The notes below the pieces were generated by a model, which saw nothing but the letters and a program-made list of their open reading frames with translations, was not told the origin of the DNA and ran no database searches. This document shows, piece after piece, positions 54,795 to 64,000 of a stretch of 64,000 bases of DNA. This DNA comes from Octopus vulgaris (Eukaryota): the NCBI GenBank assembly GCA_951406725.2, contig OX597815.1:744001-808000 (forward strand), given 5' to 3'. Both the position numbers and the translations under genes were made by a program. Positions within the stretch are counted from its first letter, which is position 1. Each line of letters starts with the position of its first letter.

Positions 54795-54975
54795 AACAAC
54801 AAACAAGATAAGGACAAATATCCATCAAATGTAAATAATGTAAATAAGGCATTCCCTCATTGTGAGATTTAAAAATAGTAATTTTCTAATTTATAGATCA
54901 GTGAGTAGTTGTCACTTTGAAAACTCTATATTTCGAACGGGAATTTGGCAGTGACACCTCTAACCAAACAATTAT

Positions 54976-55020
54976 TCTGTGCTGATGAAGGGAAACAACC
55001 TGGAAATCGCAATACACAGA
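54976..55020 (+). ncRNA. Minimal type-I hammerhead ribozyme-like motif
   Basis: TCTGTG-CTGATGA-AGG(GAAACAA)CCT-G-GAAA-T(CGCA)A-TA-CACAGA. Stem I is 6 bp and extends with AACAAT/ATTGTT. Canonical CUGAUGA core, AUA triplet, one extra G before GAAA. Confidence 0.6.
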
Positions 55021-56157
55021 TATTGTTTTGGGCTGAGTAGGGGTGCTAGATTCCCTTGTTCGAAAATATAAGGACACAGATCATGTTGTATAGCCAGCTG
55101 GAGACGATGTCTTCTGGGGCTAAATTACAGCAACATTCGTCCTAAACCAGGTCTGCCATGTTATGTTGGCAAACAGTCTTTACTCCAAAGTACTGTTGCT
55201 GAATATCTCTCTCATTGTGAGATTTACAATTAATAATTTTGTAAGGTGTTCTGATATCTACATTCCAATTAAAATGAAATGATTCACTTAAGAAACTTAA
55301 TGACCATATTCGATCTAACATTTAACCTAAAAATTGGATTATGCCACAGGAGTTTTATATTTTTATTTCTATGATTGGGAATTACAGGAACTGGATAGAT
55401 ATTCCATCTGATATGAAAATCTGCTGTGACTAAATACTTTGAGACAGAATTGTGAAAGATTTTAGAATTTAGCAAAAGCATCTCCATTTTAAGGATAAAG
55501 AAGATAAATGTCTACAAAGATCTGAGACTAAATTTCTGTGCAAATCTATGAAGAAAGTCTTCCAACTGTGGGTGGCTGTGTTTTTATACATCAAGGACAA
55601 GACTCCCTAATACCGTGTTTCCCAACCTATCTTCTCCCAGGCCCCACTATAACGCTGTGGAACATAAGGTAACATTCTGACCAGTTATATACCTGTAATA
55701 CACCACACGTCACTACATCCAAACATGACAGTCTCCCTGAGTTTGATCTTGCCACTGACTGATCATTAGCGCAAGTATTGAGTTCTATATTAGTTAATGT
55801 TTGCTCCATGTATAATATCAAACTGTATATATTTACTGCCATTACATTGTGATATATAAATGTGTATGTGTGTGCATGTGTATATAATACTTGTAGAGAG
55901 TACATTGACACACTTATAAATATACATACATGAATGAATACACACACACACAGCTGTTGTTTGTTGGTGTTGTTGTTGTTTAGCTCCAGGTCAGACCCAG
56001 ATTAAGTAGAACTATAATCAAAGACATTCCAACCATAGCCCTCCAGTCGACTCATTTCCACATAGTTATGTAGTTTAAGAGAACATGACATCAGTACAAG
56101 ATTAGATGTGAAAATATCCCCACCGATGGAATTGCTCTGACCAAATTCTCTACTTAC

Positions 56158-56387
56158 CTCACTCTCTTCAATCTGATCTTCCTCTAACTCTGTTCCAGAT
56201 GGTTCCGGTGGTATTTTCGCCAACTCTTTCTCCTGCTTAAGGCGTTCTCCTAATCTCACAAAAGCTAAATTTCTCTCCTTGATCACGTGATCGATCATGG
56301 AATCGGCGATTCTGCAGATCAGTTTGCTGTTATTCACTTCTTGGTTAACATTCTGCATTAACCAGGGCAAGAAACCCTCTTCGATAT
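56158..56387 (-). CDS. RSPH3: RSPH3 internal exon
   Basis: TTCTTCAG|AT acceptor completes Asp. Encodes DIEEGFLPWLMQNVNQEV...MIDHVIKER...EEDQIEESE (RSP3 motif IE.GFLPWLM). Donor GAG|GTAAGT, phase 0. Confidence 0.92.
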
Positions 56388-57362
56388 CTGAAGAACAAAA
56401 TAATAATGATGATGATGATGATGATTTCTTTAATTGTCTTCAAGGGCCCAAGATATGGCGGACAATATCAAAGGATGAGCTACAACACACAGAACATGTG
56501 CGGTTTACATTGATCAAAGGAAAACATTAAAAGGTACAACAAAAGAATATGTAAACAGAAAAATAATAAATAAATAGAATGCCCCAAAGAAGGGCGCTTA
56601 GGTAATTCATGGAACCTGCCCCCAGGAAAAAATGTCCCAGGTTTTTCTGGTATCCTCAAGACATAAAAAGGGCCAGCTTCCAGTTTCTTTGCTCCAACTT
56701 CAAGCTTGTCCATTCAGCCTCACCTGCTCTGATGCAGTGGCAGGCAGCAGGTGCTACATGAGGGCAGGTGAGTAGTACGAAAACATCAATAGGACACTCC
56801 AAGTAATTAATTAATTAACCACATTAATTAGTAATATACAGAAAGATATAATTATTTATTGGAGTCTTTCATTGTATTTAACAGTAAAGAATGGGTTGGA
56901 TGTAAAAAATAAAATTTTCTTGTAGATGTGTATGTGGTGTGTGTGGTGTGGTGTGTGTGTGTGTGTGTGCACGCGCATGGATATATACTGTTTTACTCTT
57001 TTGTTACAGTCATTTGACTGTGGCCATGCTGGAGCACCACCTTTAGTTGAACAAACTGACCCCAGGACTTATTCTTTGCGAGCCTAGTACTTATTTTATT
57101 GGACTGTTTTGCCAAACCACTAGGTTAAGGGGGTGTAAACATACCAATATCGGTTGTCAAGCGATGGTGGGGGGACAAACACAGACACAGACCCAGGAAG
57201 ACCTGTGATGAGATAGTGAAGCACAACCTTCGAACATTGGGCCTTACCGAGGCAATGACAAGCGACTGAGACCTTTGGAGATATGCTGTACTTGAGAAGA
57301 CCTAGCAAGCCAAGTGAGACCATAACCATGGCCTATGCCAGTGCAGTATAACCAGTCCATTA

Positions 57363-57595
57363 AGGCGGCGAGCTGGCAGAAACGTTAGCAGGCCGGGCGA
57401 AATGCTTTGCGGTATTTCGTCCGCCGCTACGTTCTGAGTTCAAATTCCACCAAGGTCGACTTTGCCTTTCATCCTTTTGGGGTCGATTAAATAAGTACCA
57501 GTTACGCACTGGGGTCGATGTAATCGACTTAATCCATTTGTCTGTCCTTGTTTGTCCCCTCTATGTTTAGCCCCTTGTGGGCAATAAAGAAATAG
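57363..57595 (+). mobile_element. Full-length SINE family 2 copy nested in an RTE 3' region
   Basis: TSD GTATAACCAGTCCATT on both sides; host RTE fragment spans 57190-58045. Confidence 0.88.
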
Positions 57596-58041
57596 GTATA
57601 ACCAGTCCATTTAAGAGTAGCCTTCAATCATTGGGCAATAAACTGTGCTTGCAAAGACCTGATAAGTAAAGTGAAGTTATTGTCATGGCCAATGCCAGCA
57701 CTGCCTGACTGGCACCCGTGCCTGACTGGCACCCGTGCCAGAGGCATGTAAGAAGCACCATTCAAGTGTGGCTGTTGCCAGTGCTACCTGACTGGCTCCT
57801 GTGCTGGTGGCACGTAAAAAGCATCAATCAAGCGTGGTCGATGCCACTACCACCTCGTGCCAGTGGCATGTAAAAAGCACCCACTACACTCTCAGAGTGA
57901 TTGGTGTTGGGAAGGGCATCCAGCTGTAGAAACTCTGCCAGATCAGATTGGAGCCTGGTGCAGCCTTCTGGCTCACCAGTCCTCAGTCAAACTGTCCAAC
58001 CTATGCTAGCATGGAAAGTGGACATTAAACAACAATGACGA

Positions 58042-58082
<41 letters not shown>

Positions 58083-58124
58083 CTAGCGCGGAAAACGGAC
58101 GTTAAACGATGATGATGATGATGA

Positions 58125-58167
<43 letters not shown>

Positions 58168-58168
<1 letters not shown>

Positions 58169-59070
58169 GTATAATAGGGATAACCACTAATTGGACATCC
58201 AATATGCTAGAAGAAGATCACCTATGATCTAACTACAAAGAAAAGAATATTCTCTAGAGAAATTCAGCAAACACCAGAGCATAAGTGAGTAAGAGAGATG
58301 AAAATATACAAATATACAGAATTAATCATAGACCGGTTTCACCATTACTGATAATTACTTACATAATTTCTCGTCCATGGACTCTTCAGTACGATCGTTC
58401 CAATTCAATATAATATGTAGAACTATACACTTGTTGTCCTTATAAAATTAGACGTGTGCATAGTTCTACCGATTACATTGGGGTTATTTTCAAATGTCTA
58501 AGTTCTGGTGTGCTAAATTCCAGAAACAATTCTGCAGTAGATAATTCACTGCAGTTAATGTTGCCGGTTAGAGAACTTAATTATTTAAAATTTAAATAAT
58601 GAGGGTGATAAATTGAATATTAATCTAATTAATATCAATTTAAAACCAGTAGACTAGCATATAGAAAAACCTGAAAATTCATAAAAATTGTAATACATGC
58701 GTATAATAGGGATAACCACTAAGTGGACATCCAATATGCTAGAAATAGATCACCTACGATCTAACTACAAAGAGAACATTCTTTTCTTTGTAGTTAGATC
58801 ATAGGTGATCTTCTTCTAGCATATTGGATGTCCACTTAGTGGTTATCCCTATTATACGCATGTATTACAATTTTTCTGAATTTTTCTGAATTTTCAAATT
58901 TTTTTATATGCTAGGCTACTGGTTTTAGATTCATATCAATTAAATGGCCTGGTGCAGCCTTCGGGCTTCCCAGACCCCAGTTGAATCGTCCAACCCATGC
59001 TAGCATGGAAAGCGGACGTTAAACGATGATGATGATGATGATGAATTTATCACCCTCATTATTTAAGTTT
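58168..59070. mobile_element. ORF-less PLE-like unit with direct terminal repeat and inverted duplication
   Basis: A ~75-bp block at 58168 recurs at 58700 (532-bp period). Sequence ~58585-58772 is then mirrored at ~58787-59070, interrupted by an RTE tail fragment. Contains the hammerhead motif. Confidence 0.75.
58325..58395 (-). ncRNA. Type-I hammerhead ribozyme-like motif with canonical core
   Basis: Minus strand reads ATCGTA-CTGAAGA-GT-CCAT...ATGG-T-GAAA-CCGG-TC-TATGAT. Stem I is 6 bp (one G-U), stem III is the palindrome ACCGGT, the triplet is GUC, and stem II is long and imperfect. Confidence 0.65.
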
Positions 59071-59080
59071 TATATATATA

Positions 59081-59737
59081 CTAGCTTAAGGTGACCCGCT
59101 CTACGCGTGGGTAAGAGTGTGGTATATATATAAATGTATACAAATTATATATAAATACAGATATATATACACTTTGTATATATACATTATATATACATAT
59201 TTATATATAGAACACACACACACACACAAATATTTAAACTAACTCAATAAATATCTGATTCATAATATTTGTTCTCATGATTGCGTGGTGGTGATGATAA
59301 TTCTCTCTATGAATGCAGACAGACGTAGAGAGAGAGAGAGAGAGAGAGAGAGTGTGAAAGCGCTGTCGAAGGCGGGGAGGGGGGTGATATAGAATGCTGT
59401 GAAACGATGTTATAAAGTGAAAGTGAAGGGATGTAGACGCTGTGAAACGATGTTATAGATAGAAATGATGGGAAGGGAGGAAAGAGAGTGAGTGATGGAG
59501 GAAGACAGATACATAAAAGAATGAGAGTAGACTTGTCAAAGTGCGTTTTTGGCCCTAGCAACGACACCTTTTAAGATGGGGATTTCTAACCTAGCCCACT
59601 CGCATCCTCACTTCATTTTACATGTCCCTGTAAATTTTGGAGTCAATCCGACAGGATCTAGTGGCCTTTAACCTGTTCTCAATGCCAAAACCAGACAACA
59701 AACAAACTTTTCGCATTTCAGAATTATAATATAGAGA
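59081..59737 (-). mobile_element. Non-autonomous Helitron (different subfamily)
   Basis: Minus strand A|TCTCTATATTATAA ... ACCCACGCGTAGAGCGGGT CACCTTAAGCTAG|T. Confidence 0.7.
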
Positions 59738-61262
59738 TATATATATATACACACACACACTATGTAGTAGTAGTAGAAAAGACAGAGAGAGGACACAGAA
59801 TGTCTGTAGCCCACATACTGAAGTGTATTGGTGAGTCGTGTCAGATGGTTGAGTGACCTTCATTGGCTGTGATCAAGAATGTCTGCAAAGGTAGTAGCAG
59901 CAGCAATGTCCTCCATATAAAGCGAGTACACCAAGCAGGGTCCCACGTGAGGGTCAGTCTTAGAAATACAATCTTAACTACGATGAAGTTGTATTTCCAT
60001 CAGGAGAAATTCTCCATAACAATAGAATCCAAAGATTCCTGAAGATCTTCAGATTCTTGGCTGCCAACAACTGAAGTTTGGTGGAGTTGGGTCCAAAAAC
60101 GATTCAACCACATTATAGGGCTCTGTTTAAGGAGTCAGTTTAGGTTTGGTATCTGGGTCTAAGGTGGCATGTGGATGGCACAGGCGTGCTGAAGGTTAGG
60201 AAGGAATCAGGAATGGAATCATTTATGTAGGGGTGATCATTTTTGGGGGTGACATCAAGTAAGTTTTTGATGCAGGGGTGTAGTTAGACAACACTGAATT
60301 GTGAAGAGCAACAGGATTGATAGAGTGTGCGGGTTAAAGGGGACACCAGAAACCCATGTTGAGGTGATGCAATCTAACAGGAAGCCATTGATCTAAGGGA
60401 TGAATGCAGTGCATTGTGGGTAGTTTCACTGGAGATTTGCATGCTGGGAATGCTAAAAAGTTTTACAATTGTTGAGGATAATGGCATTGCTTTTAGCAAA
60501 TATGTTGAGTGCAAGTGCCCACTAGAGTAGGTCTGCAGTGGACCTAGCTTAATAAAACCAGTAGTGGTGGTCACTAGGTGGAAGGGGAGAGATTCAAAGT
60601 AATGGATAAGATTATTGTAAATGGCTGCTCTCATCATCTTTGAGGGTCAGTAAAGCTACCTTCTTTGGACAAGACAGACAGACAGACAAATTGAAGAGTT
60701 TGGTAAGGACAGGGATGGCATTGGGTCTATTAGTTGACGGTTATACAAGGGGCTAGTGGCCCTTTATATTTGAAGTGACAAGAGGTGCTTGTTGTGGTGA
60801 ATCTAGCAGAATAGAAAGTTTTGGAGAAGATTTAGTAATGTGGAGGGTTTGTCAGAGAGAAAACTGCTTGCAGAACCATTCTGTTTGAGAAATGAAGAAA
60901 AGGAAGAATGCACAAAATTGACAAAGACTCTCTTGGCAAAGGACCAAAAGGATTAGGGGCAGTTTGTGAGATTGGAAGGCTCACAGACAGTGCAATGTAT
61001 TGAGGCATCGTTCACCATGTTACAAGAACTGCAGGGTCAGGTAAAAGGGTGAATTTCTCCAAGTGCCTTGTTCCTTTTGCTACAGGTTTATAGTGTGTGT
61101 AGCTTTTATATTTTGGCAAAAGATGTGTGAGAAAACAAATACTCGTTTGATACTTTTGAACTGATAAACTCCATGTGAGATTTGTTATGCCATAATACAC
61201 AGAAACACTCTTGCATCATAAATGCAATATAAAAGCAATTAAATGGAAACAGGCTGACTTAC

Positions 61263-61425
61263 CTTTTTCAACTGGGTCATAGAAATAACCATTATCTGAA
61301 AGTATTGCAAAGACTGTGGGTACAAGATCCCTTAGGTAGCTCTGGGCAAAAGCCATGGCAGAAATCTTCTCAGCCGTTTCTTTCTCTCTCTTCATAACAG
61401 CAACTTGTTGTAACATTCTCATTTC
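61263..61425 (-). CDS. RSPH3: RSPH3 internal exon
   Basis: AACAG|GAA acceptor. Encodes EMRMLQQVAVMKREKETAEKISAMAFAQSYLRDLVPTVFAILSDNGYFYDPVEK (RSP3 motif AFAQ.YL.DL...GYFYDP). Donor G|GTAAGT; 163 nt, phase 1. Confidence 0.95.
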
Positions 61426-61499
61426 CTGTTTTGGGGAAAAAAAGCAAAACAAATAAAAAATATATAAATGGTGATGATGATGATGATGATGATGGTTAT

Positions 61500-62130
61500 T
61501 TCTTTAATTATCCACAGGCACATTGTTGGGGGGACATCACAAGGACAGGCAACAATTTTTATGGGGATTTACAGAGAGTATAGGGAGAAAGAAATGGGAA
61601 AGACAGTGATATGATGCAATCCCCCTGATACAGGAGAAACTCCAACAAGGGTCAATCAAGGAACACCACAGACCTAGAATCACCCTGACTACCAAAGTCA
61701 CAAGCCCTCTCTCCTGTTCTCCAATCTACAAGCGCTTACTTAGAGTAGGGCCATTCACTCTAACAGTTTTCGCCATAGTCACCCATCTTTTCACAAAGTC
61801 ATTGGGAGGCAGCACTTCTCTCTCCTCCCTCACTTTCCTTTTTGAGTGAAACTTTAAAACAGTTGATGAGAGTTTGACCAAAGAGGAATGTGCTTTTCCT
61901 CAATTCTTTCAGCTTCGTCCACCACATGACCTCTTTTGCCTCTAGACAGAGGAACACCATCTTTCCTGCCTTGTGGTGGGAAGTGGAGCAGTCTTCACAA
62001 CGGATTCGGCCAAGAGTCAGATTTGTTCCACACATGACAACAGTCGTTTGACATAATTCCTCAAGGCAGCAATGAGGGTGTGCAGAACGGTTTCATTGCT
62101 CTGAGTGTGTCTCAGACAGTCCTGCCTGAC
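61500..62130 (-). mobile_element. Degenerate 3' end of a non-LTR element, possibly Tx1/L1-like
   Basis: NETVLHTLIAAL...VFLCLEAKEVMWWTKLKE...LINCFKVSLK, followed by a pyrimidine-rich 3' UTR and (CAT)n tail. Confidence 0.45.
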
Positions 62131-62371
62131 AGCAAAATGTAAGGAAATTCTTTACAATTTCATCATTAATGGAGAATTTAGGATTATGGATCTGTTGCTG
62201 TTGTTTAACCCTGAGTCATCTCTGACTGATTAAGAAGTAAATCTAAGATGAAAGCCCTTCCAGCCAAAAGTCCAAGAGTCTTGACTGACCAAATTCTCCT
62301 CATTCGTGATACCATGTTTAATTAACTTCATCCTCCTCCTCTGCTTTCTCCGTTCCTCCTCCTCCTCCTAG

Positions 62372-62413
<42 letters not shown>

Positions 62414-63049
62414 ACATCACCAATTAATGTCTGTTCTCCATGTTGCCAGGGTAATTTGGACAGTTTGAAGGAACCTGGTTTCAAGGCCAGCTTTTGCATG
62501 GTTTCCAGGGTCAGACACCCTTCTTAATGTCAACAACCTAACAGTGTGTACTGGGTGCTTTTCCTGTACCAGTGGCACATATGAGGTTGCCAAGTAACTT
62601 CCAAGAAAAGAAAAGGAAAATCAAAAAGGAAAAAGCACCGCTCCCCCACCCACTCGCTCAGGTAAGTTGGGTGTGGGGTGTTTGACGTGTGGGAAGAGGT
62701 GGCTTTATACCACTTGTTGTTTGGGGATGTTAAAGTATAAAAGAGGGAGACGAGATGTCTTGCTATAGTGAGGTTCCCTGGCAACCCCAGAACTTCACCT
62801 CGTCACCCATATTATGCCCAGGCCTCACATTAAGCATTTCCCCAATCATTCTTCAGAATATCAGTCATCTGGAAATTCCCTGCAAGAGGCACATTAATCT
62901 CAGCAATCTCACAGACCCTGACAATTCCATGGGCACAGCTCCTTCCTCCAGACCAACAGGGAAAGAGGAAACATCCCATTCTACACCTCAACATCCCTAC
63001 ATTTCCTTGATAACAATAGATAAGTTTGATAACAATAAATAAGCTTTAC

Positions 63050-63253
63050 CTTTTCTTCCACTTTTCTCCTGTTTTGTTCTTCCAGTCGTTGTTGCTCTGC
63101 AAGTTCAGCGTTACGCAACTCAATATATTGGCGCTGCTGCTTCCTCAAATTCGCCAATTCTTCCTCTTCCAATACTTCAATCAAAGACTGTTCAATTGTC
63201 TTCCCAACGAGCACTTCCAATATTGGTTGCACTTCGATATTGAAATCAAATAA
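63050..63253 (-). CDS. RSPH3: Radial spoke head protein 3 homolog, internal exon (upstream exons lie beyond the window end)
   Basis: CAG|TTA acceptor. Encodes LFDFNIEVQPILEVLVGKTIEQSLIEVLEEEELANLRKQQRQYIELRNAELAEQQRLEEQNRRKVEEK, the conserved RSP3 core. Donor AAG|GTAAAG; 204 nt, phase 0/0. Confidence 0.95.
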
Positions 63254-64000
63254 CTGGCCGTGAGAAATAAGAACAACAGACGTAGAGATATTAACAACAT
63301 GTGGAAATAATGAGTTCAATTTTTGGCTGAAGGCCAGCAACTTTTGGGGGGAGCTGGGGTAAGGGAATTCCATCGGGCCCAAAAGGATGAAAGGCAAGCC
63401 AGCCTCGGTGGAATTTCAATTCAGAACATAAAGACAAATAAAACTGGACAAAGCATTCTGCCCAGCCTGCTGACCATCCTGCAGGAGGATCACTTTAAGA
63501 GATGCATAAACAAAAATAATCAAAAACAAAGTTAAACAAGTTTTATGGAGGAAGAGATCTGAAAATTAGGAGAGCATTGTTCCCTAATACCTGCAGCGAA
63601 CCAGCATCCTGTGCAGGTGGGGATCCTATATGCCAATGTAACCAGGAAACTGGCCCTTGTGAGCCAATCATGGCTTGAGAAGGAACAAACAACAACACTA
63701 TTCCATAATGTTGGGTCCCCCATTGCCCTAAATATTAAACTTTCCTTCCCCAGGGAAAGCTGGCTTATTGGCGGATCCTGTTCTAAGCATGAGATCTCTC
63801 CTTTACCACAATAAATTAAGTTACTCTACTTCATACATTGCGATAATTTCCTATTTACTGGGGGGGGGGGGGGCTAACAGTACAGTGTGCATGGAACTTA
63901 GAGCAGATGTTTGTTAAAGGCAGAAGACATCAACCGTTGGTGCCACAATTCAGGTGATACACGAAGGAGTCATACCCAATGACTGGTGTAGCAGCATAAT

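Noticed and set aside
56002-56157. Read-through of the RSPH3 exon to a stop at 56002 as the true C-terminus
   Set aside because: A consensus donor GAG|GTAAGT is present and the read-through runs into repeat-like sequence. It cannot be excluded as a minor isoform.
59880-61010. Possible decayed retroelement ORF on the minus strand
   Set aside because: The composition suggests an old LINE, but no diagnostic motif is readable.

Overview
Repeat-saturated animal genomic DNA, inferred to be coleoid cephalopod (Octopus-like) from the dense (AT)n/(AC)n/(ACAT)n microsatellites and the octopus-type tRNA-SINE families. Two protein-coding genes converge tail-to-tail. (1) A complete PRDM13 orthologue on + has 3 coding exons (6422-6796, 14817-15066, 16332-17578) giving 623 aa, with a PR/SET domain, one C2HC-type finger and three C2H2 fingers. 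(2) The 3' part of radial spoke head 3 (RSPH3) on - has exons 63253-63050, 61425-61263 and 56387-56158, plus a probable terminal exon 20590-20501 beyond a ~35.6-kb intron. The rest is a graveyard of mobile elements: CR1, RTE, R4/Dong-like and Tx1-like LINE remnants, Penelope-like elements (PLEs), two SINE families, non-autonomous Helitrons, hAT and foldback MITEs, and mariner fragments. The most notable unannotated signal is a set of at least seven minimal type-I hammerhead-ribozyme-like motifs from several sequence families. They sit in short ORF-less units with direct or inverted terminal duplications, consistent with PLE-derived or retrozyme-like elements. Also of note: motif-dense unique islands inside the giant RSPH3 intron (including a PTF1-type E-box/TC-box), suggesting a regulatory block for PRDM13. 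Most ORF-track entries are translations of microsatellites and are not genes. All calls were made by eye; nothing was computed or searched.
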